NCBI RefSeq assembly: GCF_963853765.1
Contig: NC_088853.1
Span: 682,001-746,000, forward strand
Direction: 5' to 3'
Source: Magallana gigas
Taxonomy: Eukaryota
DNA length: 64,000 nt
Position 1 is the first letter of the stretch; each line of letters opens with the position of its first letter. Positions 23,707-36,391 of the stretch are shown piece after piece. Below the pieces are notes generated by a model that was not told where the DNA came from, searched no databases, and saw only the letters and a program-made list of their open reading frames with translations. The translations under genes and the position numbers were made by a program.

Positions 23707-25075
23707 CCCAGCGGTCATTTCAACGTTGAAACAACGTTGTTTCAACGTCAGGCATCAACGTTGAATCAACGTTGAAATAAGGTTGCACATGAAAGTTGAG
23801 GCAACGTTGAAAATGTAACGTTGTTTCAAAGTCAAAATTCAACGTTGATTCAACGTAGAAATTGTGTTGAAATCTGGTTTAAAATATATAGATATGACAA
23901 TGAAAAAAAAGTTAAAATTAAGTGATTTTTGTAAAATGTTGATTATAAGCATATCGTCTTTTAATATGTTGTGCTGTTTTATGTGTTTTGACACTTTATT
24001 AAAAGAAATCCAAATGTATAAAGTCAGCCTTTATTTAAATCCTAGTAGTATTTGCGTATATCCTTCGCTAAACAACTTGTGTATTAAGTCCTCGTTAAAA
24101 GTTGAAACTTGGTATTTCAAAATGTTTTAAATAAGGCTGTAGGAATACGATTACAAAAAAACCACGTACATTCCGCCAAATGGTAGCCATGCTTGTTTTC
24201 CATGACAAGAAACAAAGGATGTCAACACAAAAACGTAGAATCTACAATAGTTAGTTCATCATTTGCATTCTGCAGACTGCTTTAAAAAATAACTCCCAAG
24301 ATACTCCAGTGTAAAATATAAAATAGTCACAAATTAATCGTCCAAAAGCTAAAATCCCGGCATTTTACTGTACATAAAATCTGTGTAGTGACTGCACGAG
24401 GTGTACCTAAGAACTGACTTTCTTTGTTCACCAATAGCGTCTTTAGCGGTCAAGCTGACATAGAGCAGCCTGGTAAATTGCATAACTCCCTTGATCAGCA
24501 GTGCTTGCAGTAGTGATGGGTTCGCACATCCCCTTCTCACTGACCCAGTTAAAATGCAATTAGCCACTTGCTGTATGCACAGCTCAATCTCAAATTTCTT
24601 GTATGAAAACAATTTTTTTAAATGTAATGTGAAATATTAATTTAACTTTTCGTTTAAAAGAAAATTGATATTTTAATTGGATAAGACAATAATATATTAA
24701 TTTTATTGGAATATATATAAGATAAAATTGTATTCAAATTAACATTTAATATTTGTAAAAACACGTCATTTAATGCTTCCACTTTACAAAATATAAGTAA
24801 AACCTAAATTTAACAAATGATAAGGAAGTTTAAATTTGAATATATGTGTTCAGTTTCATTAACATATCAAAACGTTGTTTCAACGTTGAAATGTCGTTGA
24901 TGTCTTCAACGTTGAAAATAAGTTGGGTCTTCAACGTGGAATCAACGTTGAGTTATGGTTTGGGTTTCAACGTTTAAACCTCAACGTTGATTCAACGTTG
25001 AATAATGGTTGATCAACGTTGCAACTTGATTTCAACCATTTCTCAACGTTGAAACAACGTTGCGTGCCCACTGGG
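23707..25075. mobile_element. Second EnSpm/CMC-like element nested in the first (CCCAG...CTGGG, 2-bp TSD AA)
   Basis: Termini cccagcggtc / gcccactggg; AA on both flanks; dense subterminal caacgttg palindromes. Confidence 0.8.
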
Positions 25076-25971
25076 AAGTTTGTATGACTGGGTGAAAGCT
25101 GTGTCAACTAACGAAATCAGTTTCTATCAGTTACATATTATAAAATTCGCTCGCAGTAAGGTTTTCTTTTTTTAAAATTCCACGGACACCAGCAAAAGAT
25201 AAACGTATAGATTGACGGATAAATAATCATTTTCTGTTTTTGAAAACTATATGCACTTCCCCACCGTTAAAGCAACTACACAAAACATGATTATATTCAA
25301 TTGTATGCGAGATTAAGATGCATCGGGCCAACATTGTCCCAACCACAAATGATAAGCTCTATATAAATATGAGTACATAAAATCATCTATTAATTTAAGT
25401 TCTACATGCATTAGTTTGCCGAGTACACCGACGCTGATTCAATTCCTGTAAAGCAATGCTTGCCCATGTTTGATATGTTAAATATGTTCAACATAGGGCC
25501 AATGCAAGCCCAACTATTACGAATCGCCTTTTGTGTTAATTTTTAAAAGTGGACCAACGCTGGCCCAACCTTTGTAAAAACAGTGCTAATTTGCAATGAT
25601 ATGATAACTGTTCAACATTGGGCCAATGCAGGCCCAACCATTACATATCGACGTTTCGCATAACTCTTTTTTGTGTAAATGATACACGTTGTTTCAACAT
25701 TGGCCCAACGTTTTAGATCCAATGTATTTAATCACAACCGCATGTTTGAGATTGAAACACAGTGTGCCAACATAGAGCCAACATCATACGGTCAACATAT
25801 GTGATATTGCCACTAATGCGTAGACTTTTTGACATTGGTCCAACGTTGGTCCGATCATGTTATGCCAACTCCAACCTTTAACCAACAGACCGATACCCTA
25901 CCAACGTTGGACCAATGTGCAGATGCTGACTGGGGATTCACTGAATTCAATATTTAAATAAAAAGTCTCAC

Positions 25972-26068
25972 CTTCTAAACTGTCCGGGTTCATTGTTTGC
26001 CACAAATTTTTTGGGGAAAATGTGATGAGTCTATTAACGCCTTTTCATACTATTTCTTTACAATAAAA
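25972..26068 (-). other. Probable 5'UTR exon of RALBP1
   Basis: On the - strand, acceptor ttttctttttttcag and donor aag|gtgaga flank about 97 nt; contains upstream ATGs. Confidence 0.5.
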
Positions 26069-26737
26069 TCTGAAAAAAAGAAAACGGTAAAACAACCATC
26101 ATATACATGTAAACAAACCGTACATGTATGTCCGTCCTCTTTTTCCTAACTAGTTAGGAAATCATGGATCTTATGATTCCTAAAATCGATGCTATATGTT
26201 AAAACAATCTTCAAATTAATTAAGGTTCAAAAAAAGATCATTATGAATAATTAAGTATCCAAAGTTTTGGTTTCTTCAAAATGATCATCGTCCGAATAAG
26301 GGATTTTTTCCTCGAATGGAAGGGGCGACGTTCGTCCCACGTGAAATTATTTACATATAGCACTACAGAACGGATAAAGAACTTGAATAATAAAATATAT
26401 TATCATTTAGAGATTCCATATAATCAAAAGTTTTACCATTCTACCTCGATGCATTTTTCTTTCGATGAATTTTGCATAAAATTTTCCTTTTTCCGTAGAG
26501 GAAATAGTCAAGTCGGAAAAAATTGAACGCACGCTAATAATGGAGCCTTACACGGACGATATATATAATTCCGCATTAAAGTTATTCAGGAAGTAATACA
26601 TAACATTTTAAAGATGCATTCTCTTCCTGTTCGTTCATCCATTAATTCTGTCTGTTTGTCTGTCTGACTGGCAACTTATTTTACATGTGATATTAACACG
26701 CATCTACATTTAAATTTATGCGTTATAGGAGACTAAG

Positions 26738-27686
26738 CACAGGGGCTTGGTTGTTGGATAGTGAATTTCCTTATTATTTGTTCCCGAAGACAAAATGATT
26801 AAAATTGGTAATCTTATGTGTATTTCTGTGTATTGCAATAAATAAATTCACTGAAATCCCCCGTTTCAGTCATGTTAAAAAAGTGTATTCAATGTACATT
26901 AAAAAAAGTAAAGGGGACGACACTCGCCATCTTGGATTTATAGGGGGTCCTCGTTTCAAGCTATGTTTTAAACAAGTTCCTCCATCTCTCCAACGATTTC
27001 TGACGAGATCTAAGTTGGAAAATATTCAAATGACTTATTCCTATCGTCTGACTAAATCTGTATGCTGCATAATAAACACATCGTTCCGAAATGTACAAGA
27101 TAACTTGCCAAACTTATCGAAAGCAACGGAAGTTTACTTTTGAGTGACGTAAATTCTCTGTATAATCACTGAGATATTCCGAAAATGTATGATAAATCTA
27201 GAGAGAGCAAAAATTCCGCGAAAAGATATTCCTCTTGGTTTATCCAATGCTTTCGGATCTCCTCAGTGATTACATGGAGAGTTTGCATCAACTTCCGTTG
27301 CTTTCGATCAGTTTGGCGAGTATCTAGTACATTTCGGAACGATGTGTTTATTGTGCAGCGTACAGATGTAGTCAGACGATAGGAATAAGTCATTTGAATA
27401 TTTTCCAACCTAGATCTCGTCAGAAATCGTTGGAGAAATGGAGGAACTTGTTTAAAACATAGCTTGAAACGAGGACCCCCTATAAATCCAAGATGGCGAG
27501 TGTCGTCCCTTTACTTTTTTTAATGTACATTGAATACACTTTTTTAACATGACTGAAACGGGGGATTTCAGTGAATTTATTTATTGCAATACACAGAAAT
27601 ACACATAAGATTACCAATTTTAATCATTTTTTTTCTTCGGGAACAAATAATTAGGAAATTCACTATCCAACAACCAAGCCCCTGTG
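26738..27686. mobile_element. Foldback-type non-autonomous element, P-like termini, 8-bp TSD
   Basis: CACAGGGG...CCCCTGTG with about 350-bp inverted arms; agactaag duplicated on both flanks. Confidence 0.8.
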
Positions 27687-28113
27687 AGACTAAGGACATT
27701 AAGGTGTCTCTACAGTATTAAATTTTACTATATATTCTTACCAAAATTGCACAACTTTACATACAGATTAAAGATTCAAAACGAACTTCTGGAAAAAAAT
27801 CCTCTTGACATCTTTTTAAACAACGCCTCATTTACAATTTTCTAGCAAAATACACACGTGCATCCAGCAAGGCGTGAGACGTTACACATGTGCTTGAAAA
27901 TCAAGCCCGGGCCTTTTCACCCAATCCGGAAACAACACGCATCAAAAATTCAAATGACCTCGCATTATTACAAAACTGGGATAGTTAGACCTCTTACACA
28001 TTGTTTTTCATCTCATAAAAAATTAGCTCTTGTCGCTTGCGGAAACTCCCCGAATTCAAGAATTATTTTGCCTCAGCCATGTTTTGACGTGAACCTTCAG
28101 TGAAATACTGTTA

Positions 28114-28305
28114 CATAGGCGTCGGAACCGGCCCGGGGGGGGGGGGGGGGGCTAGGGGGGGGGGCTTAGAAACAAAGCATAATAGAGGGTTCAGCCCCCC
28201 ACTTTTTCTCGCAGGAAAGATTTTTGTTTCTAAATTTAGCTTGATGATTTTGGGGGGAAAAAAATTTGGGTAAGTAATTTTTTTTTATGGGAAGTATAGG
28301 TATAC

Positions 28306-28340
<35 letters not shown>

Positions 28341-28442
28341 ACGGATTAAGATTTCCATGATTTTGGGAATTACTTTTTTCTCAATATTTCAGAGGATTAG
28401 TCTAGCCCCCCCACCACTTTCAATTTGCTTCCGACGCCAGTG
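28114..28442. mobile_element. G/C-tract MITE with CA...TG termini and 7-bp TSD
   Basis: cataggcgtcggaa / ttccgacgccagtg; actgtta on both flanks. A related G-tract family (catagcatcg...cgatgctatgtg) occurs at about 22520-22690, 31245-31570 and 61075-61350. Confidence 0.65.
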
Positions 28443-28979
28443 ACTGTTATGACACCTTAAACACTTTTTGACTTGGCACATGTATTTGGAAACAGGGAGC
28501 CATCTATAAAAACAAAACCAAAAAACAAAACAACACAAAACAAAGTGTCCTCTAAACACTACACAGTATTTTCCTATAAGGGTTAAAAATTGATTTTATA
28601 ATTCTTTCCAAGCTAAAACAAAAAATGAACACGAAGAATTATCCTCTCCTCTACAGAAGCAAAGTTTAGACCCCATCCCAAACATATAACATTGCTTACA
28701 TACTAGGTTTGTATCTTGTTCAGGTGTTAATCAAATGGACGAATTCATCGACAGTTAGAGGATTTAAAGATATTATTACATTAGTACCTATATTGTAAGA
28801 TACATTATTTTTGTGCTTTTTAATGAAATTTCATAAACGTGTTATATTTTTTTGGTCACATTGTTTCTTGTTGTTGGGGGGGGGGGGGGGGGCACTTACT
28901 TCCATTTATATTGAGGCGAGGAGGGGGGAGGGGTCAGATGGGGTGGTTGAGTGTAAAAATTTCTTATTCAGCGACTGCG

Positions 28980-29033
<54 letters not shown>

Positions 29034-29117
29034 AATATTTAATAGCACATAATATATACATTTGTACTACGATAAACGAATAAATTCATGCTATTGTATG
29101 TGTTCAACTTTACTTAC

Positions 29118-29250
29118 ATACATTGTTGTTTTTACAACTCTTAAACGGCTATCTGTCAAAATCTCGGTCAAGTCGAGATCTCATTAGGTCCGCGACCTGT
29201 CGTCTGCCGGCGCTGATTGGAGACTTCCGGTACTTGATATGCTGGGGTTC
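29118..29250 (-). promoter_or_regulatory. Probable first exon and core promoter of RALBP1 (CCAAT box plus ETS-type CCGGAAGT)
   Basis: - strand donor GTAAGT at 29117-29112; CpG-rich patch with ccaatcag (29220-29213) and ccggaagt (29230-29223) on the - strand. Confidence 0.5.
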
Positions 29251-30672
29251 ACAGACAAATGAATCCTCTCTACAGACTAGAGCTCTCTGTATTCTACTTA
29301 AAACACACAGATTTCAAATATGGTCGCCTCTTATCTCTTTTTAGGAGGATATTTGGTCATTAATTACCACGATATCTGTCAGACATATGATATATTTGGC
29401 TATAAACTATCATTTAATAAAGAAAAAATCCGCATTAGAATTTCATTTCCTATATATCTGTATACAGAGGTCTTACTCTGAAAGAATTGCTGCTTCAAAA
29501 ATCTGAACCAAGAACCTCAATGTGGGGCATGACTTATACAGGCTGCTTGGATCAATTTTTTACTACCGTTCAAATTGAAAAACCGGCGCTGATAGCTGAC
29601 GCTTTAGATCCGCTATTTATGCGTCTCTTTTTATTTTAGAGCTTGGCATAAAATTATGATATTTTAAAACAAATAATTGCTACTTGAAAAATCTTACCCA
29701 AGGCTTATTATAAAGAACCTCAATTCGGGGCATGATTTATGAATGCTGCATGAATCCTACAGTTCAACAAACGGCGTTGATAGCTGAAGGTTTCGATCTT
29801 CAAGTTATGTGTCTTTTATTTTGAAGCTTGTATGCTCTATCATAACGTACTTAAAAGCTTTGGAAAAGTAAAAAATAAAATTGCGTCGACTTGTTCCCAA
29901 ATGTAACGTACCTTGAAAAATGTTCAATATGCCTAATTTGTTCAAATAGCGTTGCTCACTGGTTTAAGAATAGTAATTAAGTCCACGATGTATTAGATGC
30001 TTCAAGCACTGCCTCGGTGAATGTATGAGACGAAGAAATCAATTCATATCAATAAACTTAATAAGATAATACATGTTAAAAACTAGATAGATAATGGTAT
30101 ATTTTATATCTCTATAAAGTAAAAAAACAATTATGTTATTGAAATCGACCGTACTCGGTTATACGTTTTCAGTTCCGTTTCCGGTCCGCCATGTTCTCTA
30201 ATGCACCCTATACATGTACATGTATGAGTGATTGATGATCAAAGTACTGTGAAGCTATCATTTTCATTCAATTTCAACTGTTTCTGTTTTAATACTTTTG
30301 ATTTTTGTGTCTACGTACAAAAAAATAATAACCAAATTAGGCCAACGAATAGCCTCATGATATTTTGAAAAAGACACCAAGTATGAGTTTAACATTTGAA
30401 ATACTTATTTATATTTGGTCTGTGAACAGCGAGTAAAATGTCACAACACAGAAAAACTATTCTGTTAACACAAGGAGCAAATAATGACCGCCGTCTGTCG
30501 GCAATAATTGGAAACTTCCGCCACTTGTGACGATCTGCTGGGGTTTCCCTTGGCCGACTCTAGAGCCCCCGTCATAGTAAATACAATGTACCAGTAACAG
30601 CCGCTCTACACTCCAACCTCAGACAGCAGTGGCAGCACACCCCCAGCTACTGTTGAACTGATTGCACACAAC

Positions 30673-33600
30673 ATGCTGGACAGATTTGTGAGCGGACTGG
30701 TAGCCATCAGTCTGGTGATTTCGTGCTGTCATGGAGACGATGAGTGTTCAGGAGGTCGTGGTCCCCATGTGCCGGGGGTTGGTCGGCTACACACACACCC
30801 GTCTCCCCAATAGATTCGGTCACGTGACCCAGTCGGAGGTTATACCGGTGAGTATAAAAAATAAAAATAAAACCTTGAGATTAAAGAGAACTAGTGATAT
30901 ACTAAATAAATGCACATAAATTGTTCATAATATTATATTATCTTCGTATTTGTGTAAGCTATTATTTTGACTAAAATTATGTATATTGTAAATATGTGAA
31001 TATGTACACAAGGGATTTACCCAACTGCTGCACGTCCATATACATGTCACGTGGATTGTTTTTTGCTATATTATGTAATCTTCCCTATGGGACGTTCTCT
31101 CTAATAATTGCAAAGTTGTATTCCCGTTGTATTCCCGTTTTATTCCCGTTGTATTCCCGTTGGGTCCAAAATCGAGGATAAATTTCTCTATCTTTACTTT
31201 AAACTAGGTAACATAGAAATCCGAGGGTACACCGTGTATATCAGGCATTTAGCATCGTTTTTGAAAGTGGGAGGGGGGGGGGGGGGGACTCATCCAAAAA
31301 ATCTTGAAAAGCAAAAGAAAAACCCCTTAATTTCCAAAATCCGGAAAATCCTAATCATGGAAGGGGGGCAGCAAGTATTCATTTAACTTCAGTTCCACTG
31401 CTCGTTTCCTTATTTTTAATTCAATTTTTTACATAGTCCCATAATAGGGGGGGGGGGGGGGACTCCATATTCATTCAAATTTTTGTATATAGATTTAAGA
31501 AAAATCTTTGCTGCGCAAAAAAGTGGGGGGGGGGGCTGCCCAGCCCCCCCCCCCCCCCGATGCTGGGACTTCTGTCCTTTCTGATATATTTCATGTTATC
31601 AAATCAAATATACAAGACTACTTTAAAGTAGTCATGTTGTATTTTTGATTTGATAAAATTAAATATATCAGAAAGGACACTTCGCTCAGTCATTGTAAAG
31701 GGTGGGGGGGGGGGGGGGGGTGCTAAAACGCGGAACGGAAAACGGACTAGAACGGAAAACGGATAAAATACACTGATGCTTATCGCTTAAATATTATAAA
31801 GATTGGACACAAACTATTAACTTTGTATCATTTATTAAATTTTAAGAATGATTATTATCAAAAGCTGATTAATATTTTATATCATTCTTACAAATGTTTA
31901 TCAACTAGATCATTGCATTCGATTTGCTTAATAAAGTACGATACGGAAAAATGAAATGTTCACACATTGTGATTAAATAAGATATTATAATATCTTTTTA
32001 ATTATTTTCCTTTTGTAATGTTGTTGCAATAATAGTGTGGGGCAGTTGTTTGAAGCTTTTGCAATAGGTTGGGTTTTTCGTGACTTCCAAACTTGCTTGG
32101 GATTTTAAACGTATTCAAAAAAATTCAAACCTGATGTACTCTCATCCACATTGAATTCTTAGTAATCTATACTATTTCAAAGATTTAATAACATTTTTAG
32201 CATTATTGATTTAAAAAACGTGACCGACGAACACAATTCACTATCATTGTTACGACGTTTTGCTGCTACATCTGTTCGAGAACTTATTCGTCTCGCTATT
32301 TAAAGATTAATAATCGAAAACAGAATCATGCATTTTATTGGATCACGAATTCTCTTGATGTCCTGCAAAGTCTCTTTTTTCTAAAATCGGCATCTTAGGT
32401 CACTTATTCCCAGTATTTTAGGTCACTTTTCCCCAGTATTTTAGGTCACTTATTCCCAGTATTTTAGGATGACAGTTTAGGTCACTTATTCCCAGTATTT
32501 TAGGTCACTTATTCCCAGTATTTTAGGATGACAGTTTCTTTACGGTTACCTGCGTGATTGTACATTCCTGTAACATAATCCGAATAAGGAGCTGAATATA
32601 TTGTATATTTTGCTAAACTGGGACTAGTGGTCAAAGCCTGTAATGTTAATTTTGAGACAAGTTGCTGTCCTTTAAAAAAAGGACTACAATACGTGGACCA
32701 TGTGCATGTGTTTCCAACGAAAACGCGGGCTAGAGCTTTAAGATTATCAACGTTTCCACCGACGCTAGCCCCCTACTTTTATAACCACTAAATTTGTACG
32801 TTGGATTACGTATGTGTATAGCCCTGACATTTTATCTCAGAATTTAAAGGGTTCATACTTCTAAAATAATTATGATCTATCTATTAATGAAGTCTGCATG
32901 TATAGTATCAGGCATTCGGCGAATCTACTATCTGCGCACACATTACAATTCGCACTACTTGTTTACTATGCAGTGACAGCTTTGTTTAAATTGATTTCAT
33001 ATTTTGATGCATTTTTCTTGAGATTTAAACTTTTATACAGTGACATAAGTATTCATTCACACTTAAATGCTTAAATATTTTTAATTGGGAAGGATCTAGC
33101 TTCGCCTACTATAAAAGTAAAGTTAAGTTACATGTGTATACGGAAAACAACAAAACGTTGCAAATTATGCTATATCAGCCTATTTGATGCATGTTGTAGT
33201 TTCGGCATTACATTAACTTATTTCATAATACTGACATTTCATATCACATGCCGATTATTTCTTTAAAAGGAATACTTTGTTTCTGTTTTGACTACTGTTT
33301 ACCGTGAACTTTATAATAGTACAGCGCCTTTGAACTTATGAGTGCATATGGTATGGAATCCCGATCGCGATTCAGATAAACTTGTGCTATCCTGGTTCCC
33401 TGAGCTACCTAATACGCACAGGAACCAGGATAGCTATGGTGTCAGGATAGGGCCATTTGCGTTAGCGCGACATCGCGTTCAGATAAACGAGACATCGCGC
33501 TAACACACAACACGCCGTAGCGCTAACGCAACTTTGCACAACATGCCATCGCGCTAACACACAACACACTATCGCGCTAACACAAAACACGCCGTCGCGC

Positions 33601-35519
33601 TAACACAACTTTGCACAACACGTCGTCCCGCTAACAAAACTTTGCACAACACGCCGTCGCGCTAACGCAACTTTGCAAGTTTCACAGTCTAGTAGGAAGT
33701 CGTGTCCGGAAATATTAGACTGTGCATGCTGAAAATTGTAGGCCAGCATGCAAGCATGGATGAAAAATAAATAAAATGTACTTTGAAATACATGTATTAT
33801 TTTCAATTATTATCAATACATATGAATAGAAATATAGTCTGTTGTGTGTTAGCGCGACGGCGTGTTGTGCAAAGTTGTGTTAGCGCGACGGCGTGTTTTG
33901 TGTTAGCGCGACGGCGTGTTGTGCAAAGTTGCGTTAGCGCGACGGCGTGTTGTGTGTTAGCGCGACGGCGTGTTGTGCAAAGTTGCGTTAGCGCGACGGC
34001 GTGTTACGTGTTAGCGCGACGGCGTGTTGTGCAAAGTTGCGTTAGCGCGACGGCGTGTTGTGTGTTAGCGCGATGTCTCGTTTATCTGAACGCGATGTCG
34101 AGCTAACGCAAATGGCCCTATCCGGACACCATAGATAGCTCATGCGCAGGCTGAATTTTCCCCATAGCATCCGGTGTAACCTCGCTTATATATTTTCTGC
34201 GTGGACCTCAGGGTCCACGCAAAAATCATAACTTTTTCTAATGAAATAAACTTGAATATGGATAACAGTTTTAACAATGTTAAAAAATTGGATAACGTAT
34301 ATCGTTTAGCTTGTTTAACACATCTATCAAGTCAATAACATTATGTAACATTTTCCGTATTCCATACCGTTCCGCTTTCCATTCCGTTTTCCTTTCCGCG
34401 TTTTAGCGACACCCATTGTAATCTAGGATAACTGATCCTGCAGAAACAGGATATTCGGCGTAAAAACACAGCACTTTAATTTAATTTCATCTTCATCATT
34501 GGTGTATATGTATAAGCAATATCGGGACGTCGCTTAATCAAATTACATGCAATATTGAAATTCACACTTAATGCGTGATATTAAATCAATAACAGAGCCA
34601 AGCTTTAGCTTTGTACAATAAACATAAGTAGATTCTTTTTTTTAATTTTTTGGTTTTGCTTGTTCAGATTTTGGATAAGTTTGCCGCTCCCCCTTGCCAC
34701 TATGCATTTAAGCGTCAACACTTGGTCGCCACTAGTACATGTATATCCTGAGATGACCCCTGGTTACCACTAGTTTATCCTGAGATGACCCCTGGTCACC
34801 GCCGGTATGTCCCGAGATGATTTCTAAATTTCAAACACTGAGTCTGACCCCATTACGAGCCATCTCCTCCTCTAATGAAGATGCGGTCAGCCCGAAGAAA
34901 GAAAAAAAGGAGAAACAGACAAGAGCATGCATGAACGTTACACCAGCACTACGACGGTGCACTGTGCGTGAGGCCTAAAGAATGTGTTTAGGGTAACCTA
35001 CAAAAATGTCCCGATCCTACCATTTTTAGATGTCTGTTTTTTTTCATATTATTTCCATTAAAAACACCGTTTTTAGATATGACCTACCTAACCTAATTTT
35101 TTCATCAGTGTTTCCCTAAACACACATTTTTTTCTAAGGCCTAACTGCATTAGCATTACTGCGGGGTAATGTACGTTACACAAGTATTACCACCAGGTAC
35201 TGTATGACACATTAGCATTACCGCATTGTACTGTACATTAATTTCTCAAGCATTACCGCATTGTACTGTACATTAATTTCTCAAGCATTACCGCCGTGTA
35301 CTGTATGTTACACCAGTATTACCGCCGTGTAGTGTATGTTACACCAGCATTACTGCCGTGTACTGGTGTATTAACAACATTTGGGCGATTGCTAAAGTCT
35401 ATGCACTTCTAAACATTATGAGTGTATGTATTATGCATGAGCGTATAGAGTAAGGTTTGTGTGAAAAATCTTTTTTTTTATAATTTAACATTGTTCACCC
35501 CCGCCCCTGGTATACAAAC

Positions 35520-35605
<86 letters not shown>

Positions 35606-36391
35606 TTAATTTTTTTCCCGACAAGTTAATTATATTCACCATTAATGCTGTTCTTCCATATTAACCACTCCCTACTGGCTTTTCCATTGTTTTCAATAGC
35701 TTAATAAATTTGATTTTTTTCCAGGGCCATCGAGCGATACTGGCCGTTCATGGACAGCGACTGTCACAAGAACTTCCGGTTAACTGTATGCGGAACATTT
35801 CTCCCAAAATGCTCTACAGGAAGTAACGCCATTGTACTCCCATGCCGCGAGACTTGTTTCAGTGCCAAACGAGGCTGTAGCCAAAAGTTGAAACAGGGAG
35901 GAACAAAATGGCCGAACAGACAGCTTAAATGTAATCGCTTCCGACGAAAGAGGCAGGGCTCTTGCCTTAAAGCAGTGCCTAACCACATGGCGCCGGCGCC
36001 TCTGCGCTACGCCTACTGTGAACAAAATACGTTCAGTGCATGCGCTAATCTCTCTCTTCAGATTCGAACATTACCAAACATGTTTCTTCAGAGTGACGAA
36101 CGAATTATTCAACTGGAAATGAATCAGTACGAAGCCTTGTTACAATCGCGTTGTCATGACAACTTAGCATTTCTGTTGTGTGGTGTTTTTGCGCCATTTT
36201 GTCCCAATGACCAGCAGCCCTTCGTTCTGCCTTGTCGTGAGACTTGTGAAGAAGTTGAAATGGCATGTGCAGAGGAGTTCCAAAGGTTGTACCGCGGTCT
36301 CCCATGGCCAGCAAAATTACAGTGCCATCGATATCCCTCAGGATCTTCCCAACAAGCGTGTGCGACACCGAATGACGCTGCGATTGCATAA
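30673..36391 (+). CDS. Secreted protein with two tandem Frizzled cysteine-rich domains (no TM, no netrin domain); exon 1 frameshifted in this sequence; about 279 aa if corrected
   Basis: Exon 1 30673-30847: signal peptide MLDRFVSGLVAISLVISCCHG, then CRD start ECQEVVVPMCRGLVGYTHTRLPNRFGHVTQSEV; donor gtgagt. Exon 2 35725-36391: rest of CRD1 and a complete CRD2 (LPN..., LLCGVFAPFC, LPCRETC, WP..LQC..YP), TAA; AATAAA near 36503. In-frame joining needs removal of single bases at about 30748 and 30842. Confidence 0.8.
31700..34414. mobile_element. Non-autonomous TIR element (possibly MuDR-like) in the intron of the CRD gene
   Basis: TIR gggtg..ctaaaacgcggaacggaa / ttccgcgttttagcgacaccc; flanks attgtaaa / attgtaat (7 of 8 match). 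Confidence 0.55.
33434..34134. mobile_element. Nested foldback MITE with inverted arrays of about 45-bp repeats, 4-bp TSD ATAG
   Basis: TIR ctatggtgtc.ggatagggccatttgcgttagc at both ends; gcgctaacacacaacacgccgtc arrays in opposite orientation; atag on both flanks. Confidence 0.75.
34971..35142. mobile_element. Short MITE
   Basis: Imperfect TIR aggccta..aatgtgtttaggg / ccctaaacacacatt..taaggcct. Confidence 0.5.
35523..35602. repeat. (CT)n microsatellite; others at 28981-29032, 45665-45702 (GA) and 60350-60416
   Basis: Direct reading. Confidence 0.98.

Larger units (their letters stand above)
21379..25934. mobile_element. EnSpm/CMC-like DNA transposon (CCCAG...CTGGG, 2-bp TSD GA) in a RALBP1 5'UTR intron
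   Basis: TIR cccagtcagcatc / gatgctgactggg; GA on both flanks; arrays of subterminal ttggcccaac motifs at both ends. Confidence 0.8.

Noticed and set aside
24349-24612. ORF inside the nested CCCAG element as a transposase or second BEN remnant
   Set aside because: No recognisable transposase motif; only a faint FNW..KG resemblance in another frame with stops.
33783-34106. Cys/Arg-rich repetitive ORF (CCVLARRRVVQSCVSATA)n
   Set aside because: Translation of the internal repeat array of the foldback MITE.
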